Notes: generated by a model from the sequence alone, not told the origin. Shown: positions 35,893 through 45,393, numbered from the stretch's first letter. The stretch is DNA of 64,000 nt from an uncultured Candidatus Saccharibacteria bacterium (GCA_964633325.1 CAZWFS010000004.1:19423-83422), one strand, 5' to 3'. Program-made: numbers and translations.

Positions 35893-36933
35893 ATGTATAT
35901 TCTTGAAAATGTGCAGTTGAGCGCCTATTCCACTATGCGGCTGGGGGGCCCGGCTGCTTACCTGACTGAAGTTGCAAACCGAACTGAACTGACCAAAGCC
36001 CTAGCATTCGCCTCGAGCAAGAATGTACCCACGATCATGATTGGCGGCGGCAGTAACATTTTATGGGCAGACGCAGGTTACCCGGGGTTAGTCATGGTCA
36101 ATAAGATTATGGGTTTCGAAACATTCACCGAAGACGATAACAACCTATACGTTACTGCCGGGGCTGGCGAGGTCTGGGATAGCGTTGTAGAGCGCACGGT
36201 TGCCTTGGGTTTTAGCGGCATTGAATATATGTCTCTAATCCCAGGTTCCACCGGAGGCACACCCATCCAGAATGTCGGTGCTTACGGACATGAAATCGCT
36301 GAAGTTCTGGTAAGTGTAGAGGCATACGATACAAAAGAGCAAAAATTCTTAAACGTACCAGCGGCAGATTGTGCCTTTGCCTATCGAACTAGCCGATTTA
36401 AAACAACTGATAAAGGGCGGTTTTTTATAACGGCCGTAACTATGCATGTCATTCGTCAAAATCCGATGCCGCCGTTTTATTCTTCTTTGCAACGCTACTT
36501 CGAGGAACACAACGTCAAAGAATACACTCCAGCCCTAGTCAGGCAGGCAGTGATTGCCATTCGCTCCAGCAGGTTACCAGATCCCAAGCTAGTGGCCAAC
36601 AACGGTTCTTTTTTTGCGAATCCCATAATAGACGCCGTTACCTTTGACCGTCTGCAAATTGATCACCCGAATATTGCTCACTGGAAATTAAAAAACGGAC
36701 AGGTAAAACTTTCGGCCGCTTGGTTGATTGAGCAAGCCGGCTTCAAAGATATTCACGACCAAGAGACCGGAATGGCAACCTGGCCCCAACAAGCCTTGGT
36801 ACTCGTTAATGAACACGCCCAAACCACCGCGGATCTAATCAAATTCCGCCAAAAAATACTCGATAAAGTACACTCCACGTTCGATATAACCCTGCATCAA
36901 GAACCTGAAATACTCCCCTATGAAGCCGCATGA
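35893..36933 (+). CDS. murB: UDP-N-acetylenolpyruvoylglucosamine reductase
   Basis: The ORF track starts at 35845; the likely ATG is at 35893 (MYILENVQLSAYSTMRLGG). It has the FAD-binding pattern IGGGSNIL and C-terminal MurB motifs. Confidence 0.85.
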   Translation: MYILENVQLSAYSTMRLGGPAAYLTEVANRTELTKALAFASSKNVPTIMIGGGSNILWADAGYPGLVMVNKIMGFETFTEDDNNLYVTAGAGEVWDSVVERTVALGFSGIEYMSLIPGSTGGTPIQNVGAYGHEIAEVLVSVEAYDTKEQKFLNVPAADCAFAYRTSRFKTTDKGRFFITAVTMHVIRQNPMPPFYSSLQRYFEEHNVKEYTPALVRQAVIAIRSSRLPDPKLVANNGSFFANPIIDAVTFDRLQIDHPNIAHWKLKNGQVKLSAAWLIEQAGFKDIHDQETGMATWPQQALVLVNEHAQTTADLIKFRQKILDKVHSTFDITLHQEPEILPYEAA

Positions 36934-37005
36934 GCGGTGTGAATTTTCCCACTGACCTGCTTGCGCTTAGTGCTATAATCGTTTGCTACATGCCTGGAGG
37001 TTTGT

Positions 37006-37560
37006 ATGTCCAGTCCCCTTAATACAGAATTAGATTTAGACCTAATAAGTCCTTATGAACTGGCCAATCGTTACCGCGAAGCCTTGTTCTCTGAGGTATT
37101 CGGTTGCCTCAGAGCACCATGTGATGAGGCCGTACAAAGCGTAGATGCGACGGCAGACTGTTTATCGGAAGCTGTGCGCATGTCTTTTCTTGCCGTGGCT
37201 AATGGGGATGAGGATGTCCCCGGAAAAGCACGCATGATGACTACATTGTGGGTTGATGACCTCACCCGGCGCGCACAATACTTCAATGCATTGCGAGGGG
37301 ACGTAATATTTGTAGTTCATCCCAATGAGCAGATGGGCATTGTCGAACAAATCATAGAGAGTTCTTCATTTTATGAAGGTGACGTAGTGCGAGCAACAAC
37401 GCTGCTAACGTCAGTTTATAAATATCATCTAATCTCAGACCTTAAAATGATGGGCGTTTTGCCATCCGAGCATGAACGAGTAGGTACTATCGATTTGGCA
37501 AGAGCTGCTGGCAGACGCGCAATCAGAAAGGTGGCATCTCTAGCAAGGAATACCACGTAG
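37006..37560 (+). CDS. hypothetical protein
   Basis: 184-aa ORF preceded by GGAGG. No recognisable domain. Confidence 0.5.
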   Translation: MSSPLNTELDLDLISPYELANRYREALFSEVFGCLRAPCDEAVQSVDATADCLSEAVRMSFLAVANGDEDVPGKARMMTTLWVDDLTRRAQYFNALRGDVIFVVHPNEQMGIVEQIIESSSFYEGDVVRATTLLTSVYKYHLISDLKMMGVLPSEHERVGTIDLARAAGRRAIRKVASLARNTT

Positions 37561-37619
37561 GAAGTTCTGCAGTGGTAGTATCGTAATATGCAACTAACAA
37601 GATAAAATGTTAACAGTTT

Positions 37620-38900
37620 CTAACTACTGGTTGACGGAAGAGGAAACTGCTGACAGAACTCTTTTATTTCGTTCCTTAACGAGTTAAGCGTTTTTTCATC
37701 GTTGCGACTATTGATAGTTTGTTTCATCCAGTCAGCGATTTGAGTCATGTGTTCTGATCTTAGTCCCCGGGTGGTTATTGCCGGAGTACCGAGCCTAATA
37801 CCGCTTGGCCTAAATGGAGGTAGCGGATCATCTGGTATGACATTTTTATTAAGTGTAAGGCCTACACGGTCCAGAACATCCTCCACTTCCCCACCGTGGA
37901 TTCCAAAACTAGTTTGTACGTCGGCAACTACCATATGGTTGTCTGTGCCATTGGTAATCAGTTTGAAACCACGGCTCATCAGCTCCGAAGCCAAGGCCTG
38001 GGCGTTATCAAGTACAGCCTGGGCGTATTTTGCAAATTCTGGGCGGGCGGCTTCATGAAAAGCCACTGCCTTAGCTGCGATTACGTGCATATGGGGACCG
38101 CCTTGAATTCCAGGAAATACAGTGCGGTCTACCAGTGTGGGCAGATTATCAATAGTTTTTTCTACTTTCCTTAATGGATTACTGACCGTACCTTTAGTCA
38201 GGACAATTCCGCCCCTAGGACCTCTTAACGTTTTATGAGTCGTCGAGCTAATCATATGGAAGCCATGGTCAAACGGGTTCGCCAACTTTTTAGCTGCGAT
38301 TAATCCGGCAATATGGGCTACATCTGCCCAAAGCACGGCACCTACTTCGTTACCGATTTCGGCAAATTTAGCGTAATCAAGTTCGCGTGGATATGATGAA
38401 AAACCGACTAAAATCATCTTCGGCTTGTGCTCCAAGGCAAGCTCGCGTAGGTGATCATAGTCTATTTCACCGGTTTCAACATCTTTCATGCCATAACGTA
38501 CAAAGTTAAAGAGTTTAGCTAGGATAGTGCCTGGGCGGCCATGGGTTAAGTGCCCGCCATGACTGAGCTCCATACCCATAATTGTGTCCCCCGGCTCCAT
38601 CCAGGCGTGTTCGACCGCTTCGTTAGCCTGTGCGCCGCTTAATGGCTGCACGTTGGCGTGGTCAGCGCCAAATAAGGCTTTGATCCTGTCTATGGCTAGC
38701 TGTTCTATCAGGTCCGTATTCTCTTGGCCGCCATAGTAACGTTTGCCTACATAGCCTTCTGAATATTTATTCGTGAATACGCTTCCCATAGCGTCCAATA
38801 CTTGTCGGCTAACATAGTTTTCGCTTGGAATTAATTCTAGCCCCTCACGCTGTCGCTTTTCCTCGGCCACTATCAAATCGTCAACTGTCTTGTCTCTCAT
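37620..38900 (-). CDS. glyA: serine hydroxymethyltransferase
   Basis: 426 aa with LIPSENY, YYGG and the PLP-lysine context SSTTHKTLRGPRGG. Confidence 0.92.
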   Translation of the reverse strand: MRDKTVDDLIVAEEKRQREGLELIPSENYVSRQVLDAMGSVFTNKYSEGYVGKRYYGGQENTDLIEQLAIDRIKALFGADHANVQPLSGAQANEAVEHAWMEPGDTIMGMELSHGGHLTHGRPGTILAKLFNFVRYGMKDVETGEIDYDHLRELALEHKPKMILVGFSSYPRELDYAKFAEIGNEVGAVLWADVAHIAGLIAAKKLANPFDHGFHMISSTTHKTLRGPRGGIVLTKGTVSNPLRKVEKTIDNLPTLVDRTVFPGIQGGPHMHVIAAKAVAFHEAARPEFAKYAQAVLDNAQALASELMSRGFKLITNGTDNHMVVADVQTSFGIHGGEVEDVLDRVGLTLNKNVIPDDPLPPFRPSGIRLGTPAITTRGLRSEHMTQIADWMKQTINSRNDEKTLNSLRNEIKEFCQQFPLPSTSS

Positions 38901-39014
38901 TCTGTAAACTCCCTCAAAACAAATTATTTTCTAATTCACATGGTCAGAAGAAAATTTGATCACAACATGAAGACTATTGTAACGACTGTCCTAGCTTTTA
39001 AAAACCTTAGTCTC

Positions 39015-39273
39015 AAGAATTTTTGTAAAATAATGCGGTTTGAGATGAAACTCGACCTGTCCTTCCTGCCTGGCCTTCTTGTCAGAAAGACAAGAGGTTC
39101 GGAAAGACAGGCGGGACAACGTAAAGGAGGCGTACTTTTAAGGTACGGTGGTGTACGCAGCAGCGCAGGTAAATAGATGCTTGCATGTATTTACCGAGCA
39201 GCGAGGGAAGATGCGGAGCAGATGTGCGAAGCGCAGATTTTCGCCCGAAATGTGTTGTTTTACAAAAATTCTT
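39015..39273. repeat. long imperfect-palindrome intergenic element, copy B (colinear with the reverse complement of copy C plus two extra hairpins)
   Basis: A perfect 16-bp closing stem: AAGAATTTTTGTAAAA (39015-39030) pairs with TTTTACAAAAATTCTT (39258-39273). The apical hairpin is CGTAC...GTACG (39130-39146). Blocks TGCGGTTTGAGATGAAACTCG and TTTTCGCCCGAAATGTG match copy C at 18/21 and 16/17. Confidence 0.7.
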
Positions 39274-39311
39274 TACATAAATACCATGGGTGATATATTA
39301 GTATAACCACT

Positions 39312-40835
39312 ATGCAGAGCACCAATGAGAAAATCGGCCATCTTATATATCAGATACGTCATGAACGTGGTCTGACACAGGCCCAGTTTGCCAAAAAGCT
39401 CGGCACCAGCCAGTCAGCCGTTAACCGCATTGAGCATGGAGGGCAGAACCTCAGCCTGGAAACATTAGGCCGTATTAGTGATGTTCTGAATAAACAGATC
39501 ATCAAAATTGGTGAGGGCGGCATAAACTTAAGGGTTGAAGGTGGTCATGAATTGCACGGGGAGATATCACTTAAAACCAGCAAGAATGCCGCCGTTGCCT
39601 TACTATGCGCCAGCCTGATGAATCATGGAGTTACGCGGTTCAAGTCATTTCCTCGCATAGAGGAGGTCTACCGCATAATAGAGGTGATGGAAAGCATTGG
39701 TGTAAAAGTCAAATGGCTACCTAGCAACGACCTGGAAATCCGACGACCCACGAAATTCGATTTAAAGAACATTAACGTCGCTTCCGCCCGCAAGACTCGC
39801 AGTGTACTAATGCTTATGGGCGCGCTTATGCATGAATATTCTGAATTCAATATCCCTTATGCCGGTGGCTGTAAGCTTGGTTCCCGAACTGTTGCACCTC
39901 ATCTTTTTGCACTTGAGCAATTTGGCGTTGGCGTAGTCGCAAAAACGGGTCAGTACCAAGTAGTAGTTGATAAAAAAATCCCGGCTGACAGAGTTATTTT
40001 ATTTGAACAGGGAAATACCGTAACCAATAACGCACTTATGGCAGCGGCTGGCACTACCGAGCCGGTCATCATCCAGTCGGCAAGTGCTGATTATATGGTG
40101 CAAGATTTATGCCTTTTTCTTCAGAAATTGGGTGTCAAAATTGACGGCTTCAACTCTCCTGTTCTGCGAATTAAAGGCGTGCCATTTATTAAGAAAAATA
40201 TAACTTTTGCTCCCACGGAAGATCCCATTGAAGCAATGTTCTTTATTTCTGCAGCGGTAGCGACTAATTCACACATAACTATTCGCCGCGTGCCCTTGTA
40301 CTGGATAGGCCTTGAATTACTTAAGCTTAAGACCATGGGTTTGCCTTATAACGTGTCAGAGAAATATAAGGCTACCAACGGCGTTATTGATTTGGCCGAT
40401 ATCGAGATAAAAAAACACAATGGCGGCATGGTCGCACCAATCGATAAAATTCATCCAAATCTATGGCCAGGAATTAACCCTGATAATATACCCTATTTTG
40501 TGCCCATCACCGCCGTGGCCAAAGGCCGGACGCTTATACACGACTGGATGTTCGAAAATCGGGCTATCTATTACACAGAGATGACCAAGATCGGCATGAA
40601 CATAGAACTGGCTGATCCACACAGGGTATACATTACCGGCCCTACGCGATTCACCAAAGGAGATGTTATATGTCCGCCCGCCCTTCGTCCCGCAAGCCTG
40701 TTACTAATTGGTATGCTGGCCGCACCTGGTGTCAGCATGTTGAGGAATGTCTACACGATCAACCGTGGATATGAAGATATCGCCGAGAGGCTCAATAGCC
40801 TCGGTGCCCATATCACCATCATGCACGAACTATAA
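39312..40835 (+). CDS. murA: XRE-type HTH domain fused to UDP-N-acetylglucosamine 1-carboxyvinyltransferase (MurA)
   Basis: 507 aa. Residues ~8-62 are HTH_3 (RGLTQAQFAKKLGTSQSAVNRIEHG). The rest is colinear with MurA: SKNAA, GGCKLGSR (active-site Cys context), FENR, INRGYEDI...LGA. Confidence 0.8.
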   Translation: MQSTNEKIGHLIYQIRHERGLTQAQFAKKLGTSQSAVNRIEHGGQNLSLETLGRISDVLNKQIIKIGEGGINLRVEGGHELHGEISLKTSKNAAVALLCASLMNHGVTRFKSFPRIEEVYRIIEVMESIGVKVKWLPSNDLEIRRPTKFDLKNINVASARKTRSVLMLMGALMHEYSEFNIPYAGGCKLGSRTVAPHLFALEQFGVGVVAKTGQYQVVVDKKIPADRVILFEQGNTVTNNALMAAAGTTEPVIIQSASADYMVQDLCLFLQKLGVKIDGFNSPVLRIKGVPFIKKNITFAPTEDPIEAMFFISAAVATNSHITIRRVPLYWIGLELLKLKTMGLPYNVSEKYKATNGVIDLADIEIKKHNGGMVAPIDKIHPNLWPGINPDNIPYFVPITAVAKGRTLIHDWMFENRAIYYTEMTKIGMNIELADPHRVYITGPTRFTKGDVICPPALRPASLLLIGMLAAPGVSMLRNVYTINRGYEDIAERLNSLGAHITIMHEL

Positions 40836-41103
40836 AACATCAGTCTGAAACAAGCATTAAGTATTCAGACAAAAAGCGTAACACCGGCGCACTGTCCGCT
40901 CGTACTATCTAGACACAAATAAGTTTATTCCCGCATCGCTGTGCTCTTGAACAGTCGTATCCAAAGTCATTAATTCTAAGTGGCTACCGTTACCTTGTGC
41001 ATAAATTCTAGTCAGTAAATTTTAGTATAAGCTTTGTATAATATACGTGACTCAAACGGTATTTTATATCACTTCGTCCTTCAAGAGTGTGGCAAAAATA
41101 TTA

Positions 41104-42486
41104 TCAGGATGCCGTACCAAGCTCTATACGGCGGCCACTACGTTCAGGCGATATCCAACTACTGGGTGTTGCGTCACGTAATGTCATCTGCTTAAAGTTA
41201 AATAAGCACTTAAAGATTGCAATCACCTGAACGAGGTTCATGACATAAAACAACAAATACATAATTGGAGCATACGCGCTTAACCGCAGCTTGCTTTTCA
41301 ATCCCGTATGTTCATCTGGCCAAATATTCCATAGCAAATACAAGGTAATCGTCATATAGGCACCTATAAACATAGCTGGATTCTTCGCCTGCATTGACAG
41401 AACAAAAATATAAGCCAGCATAATCGGTTCGAACAAGAGCATAATCTCTCCCCAGAAAGCCATTGGGATACGATAAAAGGTAAGTGCACGACTATATTTT
41501 TTATTTACGTTAGCAAGCAATTGGCGATGTTTAAATAAGTTCTGTAAACTGCCCATCTTCCAGCGATAACGTTGGCGCAAAAGTGCCTTGAATGTACGCA
41601 CGCCTTCTGTCATAGCCACAACATCAGCGGCGTAAATAACCCTATTTTGTCGATTGCCTAGAGACACTATCTTGAGACTCAACCCTATGTCTTCTGTTTG
41701 CGTATCTTCATCATAGTAGCCCACCTTTTGCATGACGTCCGAACGATATGTAGATGCTACGCCGCCAATGATAAATTCACTGTTGGATAACGTGTAAAAT
41801 TTCTTGGATCTATATCCGATCATGTGTTCAAATTTTTGCAGTAATCCCAGTGGCGTAAGGCTTTCCATAATGCGCACATTAGCCGCCACACCAGCTACAG
41901 ATGGATTACTAAAATAGCTCACGGCACGCTTAATTGCGTCCGGGTGCAATACCGAATCGGCGTCAAGTGTCATGATAAGTTCGCCTTTGGCGACCCCCCG
42001 TAAAAGGGCGTAGTTTAGGGCAGCGCCTTTGCCTTGATTTTTCTGTCTCGACAACAAATGGAAATTAGTATTACTAACGGATGGCCTCATACGAATAAAG
42101 CGACGTGTAAACACACCCGTACGTCCTTGGCGTGCTAAATAGTAAGAATCCGATCTTGCTGATAAATTTCGGATGTAATTACTAACTAACATACTAGTGT
42201 TATCGCTAGAGGCATCGTCAATAACCAAGACCTCAAAATTAGAATAGTTATTTCTATAAACCGACTCAAGACAACGGATTATAGACTTTCCTTCATTATG
42301 GGCGGGGATCAGAACGCTCACTAATGGCCGGTCTGCGGACTGGGGTGGTGTTTGTTTTCTGGCACGTAAGTACTGCCAAATGTCATAAATATTAGCACCG
42401 ATTAGGAAGAACCCAAAATGCACCACATTTATCATGCCCATGACGATAAATAGGTAAAACATGAAACCGGTAAAAATGGTGTCCAT
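41104..42486 (-). CDS. processive family-2 glycosyltransferase (membrane-embedded polysaccharide synthase)
   Basis: 460 aa with N- and C-terminal TM helices. Motifs DDASSDNT, LDADS, TEDIGLS and QRYRW (QxxRW). Confidence 0.85.
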   Translation of the reverse strand: MDTIFTGFMFYLFIVMGMINVVHFGFFLIGANIYDIWQYLRARKQTPPQSADRPLVSVLIPAHNEGKSIIRCLESVYRNNYSNFEVLVIDDASSDNTSMLVSNYIRNLSARSDSYYLARQGRTGVFTRRFIRMRPSVSNTNFHLLSRQKNQGKGAALNYALLRGVAKGELIMTLDADSVLHPDAIKRAVSYFSNPSVAGVAANVRIMESLTPLGLLQKFEHMIGYRSKKFYTLSNSEFIIGGVASTYRSDVMQKVGYYDEDTQTEDIGLSLKIVSLGNRQNRVIYAADVVAMTEGVRTFKALLRQRYRWKMGSLQNLFKHRQLLANVNKKYSRALTFYRIPMAFWGEIMLLFEPIMLAYIFVLSMQAKNPAMFIGAYMTITLYLLWNIWPDEHTGLKSKLRLSAYAPIMYLLFYVMNLVQVIAIFKCLFNFKQMTLRDATPSSWISPERSGRRIELGTAS

Positions 42487-42487
42487 C

Positions 42488-43069
42488 TTATATTACCCTG
42501 GTAAATTTAAACGAAAATAATTGCCGGTTTTGATACCAAAAGCCTGAACAGGTTTGGATAGTTAAAATGGGTGCGCCCCTGTAATTAAATATAGAGCTAT
42601 CTGAAGGTGATGTCTCGTAACTGTTAACGAATTCATAAACAAACTGATGGCCGTTATCGGTTAGCAGTACAGCCTCGGTCCCAGGTTGAACCTTGTATAA
42701 GCTATTCAGCACTCCTCGACGGTTGTGTCCGTAAATGAAGGTGCTGCCTAATTCGTTATTGGGCATCGGGCTAATAATTGCATATTGGACCTTGTCGAGG
42801 CTCAGGTTCCATGACTGAGTCTTGGCATTGTAATAACCCTCATCTACAGGCAAATCTATACCTAATTTAGTAATGGTCAGTCGCACCGGCTTGCCTTCAA
42901 TCCTATTCGTGGGCGTATGTACTGGTTTTGGTGCGGTATCCGTAGAACTTGCAACCACAGCAGAACCTTTTTCTAGTTTATAAGCATACTCAATAAATTT
43001 ATCGTAGCCTGCAAGTGTGCCCGCTAGAATGAAAAATATACCGATAATAAATTTTGAGCGTATTGACAT
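42488..43069 (-). CDS. sortase (transpeptidase)
   Basis: 193 aa with an N-terminal anchor. Catalytic His context FIYGHNRRG, and Cys in LTIQTCSG (TLxTC-type). The stop lies 1 nt from the GT2 start codon. Confidence 0.8.
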   Translation of the reverse strand: MSIRSKFIIGIFFILAGTLAGYDKFIEYAYKLEKGSAVVASSTDTAPKPVHTPTNRIEGKPVRLTITKLGIDLPVDEGYYNAKTQSWNLSLDKVQYAIISPMPNNELGSTFIYGHNRRGVLNSLYKVQPGTEAVLLTDNGHQFVYEFVNSYETSPSDSSIFNYRGAPILTIQTCSGFWYQNRQLFSFKFTRVI

Positions 43070-43160
43070 AGTTTATTCATGCAAAAGGAGGGAGAGCCCG
43101 ATATCACGTTTCGGCGCCCTGCCCTCCCTTTATGTAGGCTGGAATATTATATCCAGTCGT

Positions 43161-43349
43161 CTATTTGGCCAGTCGCTTAGCGACCAAGCGTAGAGCTGTT
43201 GACAGCACAATGATAGCCCCAACAGTAATGCTGGTAATGGCAATCACTGTCAGCCAAACATTCGCGCCAGTGTTAGGCAATACCATCACACCGGCTGCAG
43301 TAGTAGTAGCGCCAAGCACTACACCACCACCTTGACCTCCTTCGTACAT
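43161..43349 (-). CDS. 62-aa minimal sortase-substrate-like protein (LPNTG, TM and basic tail, with no signal peptide)
   Basis: MYEGGQGGGVVLGATTTAAGVMV-LPNTG-ANVWLTVIAITSITVGAIIVLSTAL-RLVAKRLAK. A strong SD AGGAGG (43355-43360) sits 5 nt upstream of the ATG. Confidence 0.65.
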   Translation of the reverse strand: MYEGGQGGGVVLGATTTAAGVMVLPNTGANVWLTVIAITSITVGAIIVLSTALRLVAKRLAK

Positions 43350-43584
43350 ACATGCCTCCTTTATTTAGTAAGTAAAGAATCTGCCTAGCTTTTGCTTACC
43401 TTATCCGCATAAAGTTCTAACAGATAAGCCTCGACAGTCCAATTAGACTCTTTCACGAGTAGTATACTAAATTAGTGACAAATTGTAAAGTATATTATTA
43501 ATGTGCTTATGTTAAGCTTGGGTCTTCATATTTTAAGGAGTTCACTTTGATTTAATATTATCGGCACAATCAAGTCGAGGCAAA

Positions 43585-45393
43585 CTATATAGCAAGGCTC
43601 CACTTGACTTCGTCAAGGTAAGCTAACAGGTTAGAATTAGCTATTATAATAACCTGTAGTCGAGCCTTACGTACATTTACGGAACTCGGGTGGTAGGCAA
43701 AAGCCACATTGCCAGCGCCCAAAGTGCTTACACCTAACTTATACTGCCCTGATATCCAATTACCTTGAACATCGTATTCATCTATATAAAAGCCGACTGA
43801 ACCGCTGCTTATTTGCTTAAGGTTAAGGTAACTGCTTACATTGTAGGTCTTAGTGGAATCTGCGGTTAGCTGGGGTGAAAACAGATGGGTGTTGCTTGTA
43901 GTGCTTTGCATCTTAATAGAAGCGAGGGGGTTAGATGGGCTGCCATTGTTATTACTGTCTTTTTGGATACTGGCAGGGGCGTCAGTTGACCAGCCGTCCG
44001 CAATTCCGTTATCGAAAGTACTGTTAGGTATTAGATTTGCTGGGGGTGGAGTTGGCGGTAAAGACTGCAGAGGAAACCACTGAACGTTATCAAGGAAGGC
44101 AGTTATTCCGGAATTAGCGGTAACAAATACCTGTAACCGGGCACGCGCAACTGAACCAGACGAAGGTTTGTATGTAAAATTCATATTTTCCACAAACACC
44201 GAACGCTCTGATTTTTTATACTGGCCGGAAACCCAGTTACCAAACTCGTCATACTCATCAATATAGAAACCCACTTCACCGCTGCTTAACTTTTGTACAT
44301 TCAAGAAATTTTTTAGCATATAAGTCATATTGGAGTCCACGGAAACTTGAGGTGAAAAAAGATGCGAGGCGGTAGTACCGGCCGTTAACCTTATGGCCTT
44401 AATCGGATCCGGGTAGCTTCCATTATTGCCTGAATTCGCTGTAACGGAACCAGGCTTATCCGTAGTCCAACCAGCAGCTATGCCATTATTGAAGCTGCTG
44501 TTTGGCAGTAAGTTCGTGTCACTCGTCACTAGACCTTGATTCACATTGACAGATTTAATCAAACCGGCATTCTGCTTGCCCTTGACGTAGGCGGCTATCT
44601 TATCTAGCTGAGCTGTACCATATTCATAATCATCTTTTCGATTACTCGGACTAACCTTTATATCATGTAGCACTAAGACAAGCCATTGTTTGTTAGCAAT
44701 AGCTTGGTCAATAGCTAATCTTACGTCTGCTACAGAAACGCCCGCTTGCACCTGCTTAACTTTAAGGTAATATTCGCTGTAGGGCCATGAGTTGGTCCCG
44801 ACATCGCCAAAGCCACGTTGACTAGCGTAATGTTTCGCAATTTCAGCCAGAACCGGCATATCGTAATCACCATACGGCGAGGCAAAGTCCGTGGCATCAA
44901 ATCCGTGTGCCGCTAAGTCGTCCTTACTTTTTTTCAGTTCATTTATGACCTGGGCCGTTGAAATTGGTTGCGGCTGGTCATTGGGATCGCTAGTAGCCAG
45001 ATAGGGATGGGTTACTGTGTGCGAGGCAATTTCCCATCCATAGGTATTTTTTAACTGTGCGATCTGATTCCAGGTCATATATGTCTTATCCCTATCCGCT
45101 TGGCAGGTATTAGGAGCCTTGACCATACCAACGCAACCCGTGGTGATGTAGTTCGTGCCGCTTAACCTATACCTTGCGAGAGTCGGTGCGGCTTGCGTAA
45201 TAGCGCTTGCGTAGCCATCATCGAATGTGAATGAAATTTTAGCTGCTGGCGTTGTATTGGTTGTCGCGGCAGCAACAGGCAAGAATGTCTCGAAAGTTAA
45301 AATTAGAGACGCTACAGCAATAGTTATAACTGGTATCTTCCGCACTAGCTTCGCTGACCGCTTTGCTATTCTAAATTGCTTAATAATGTTCAC
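43585..45393 (-). CDS. polysaccharide deacetylase (NodB domain) with two tandem CBM4/9-like carbohydrate-binding modules
   Basis: 602 aa with a signal anchor. NodB motifs FTFDDGY and SHTVTHP. A ~150-aa internal duplication runs from L(L/I)PNS(S/T)F(N/D)NGIA.GW(T/S)TD to FYIDEYD..GNW(V/I)SGQYK. Confidence 0.8.
   Translation of the reverse strand: MNIIKQFRIAKRSAKLVRKIPVITIAVASLILTFETFLPVAAATTNTTPAAKISFTFDDGYASAITQAAPTLARYRLSGTNYITTGCVGMVKAPNTCQADRDKTYMTWNQIAQLKNTYGWEIASHTVTHPYLATSDPNDQPQPISTAQVINELKKSKDDLAAHGFDATDFASPYGDYDMPVLAEIAKHYASQRGFGDVGTNSWPYSEYYLKVKQVQAGVSVADVRLAIDQAIANKQWLVLVLHDIKVSPSNRKDDYEYGTAQLDKIAAYVKGKQNAGLIKSVNVNQGLVTSDTNLLPNSSFNNGIAAGWTTDKPGSVTANSGNNGSYPDPIKAIRLTAGTTASHLFSPQVSVDSNMTYMLKNFLNVQKLSSGEVGFYIDEYDEFGNWVSGQYKKSERSVFVENMNFTYKPSSGSVARARLQVFVTANSGITAFLDNVQWFPLQSLPPTPPPANLIPNSTFDNGIADGWSTDAPASIQKDSNNNGSPSNPLASIKMQSTTSNTHLFSPQLTADSTKTYNVSSYLNLKQISSGSVGFYIDEYDVQGNWISGQYKLGVSTLGAGNVAFAYHPSSVNVRKARLQVIIIANSNLLAYLDEVKWSLAI

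Noticed and set aside
38901-39311. ZTP (pfl) or THF riboswitch in the glyA leader
   Set aside because: Only a partial CCGCCTG word is present on the glyA strand. The GGGUCGUGAC...ACCACGGG sub-domain and the CCGCCUGGGC 3' element are not recognisable. The region is better explained by palindromic element B.
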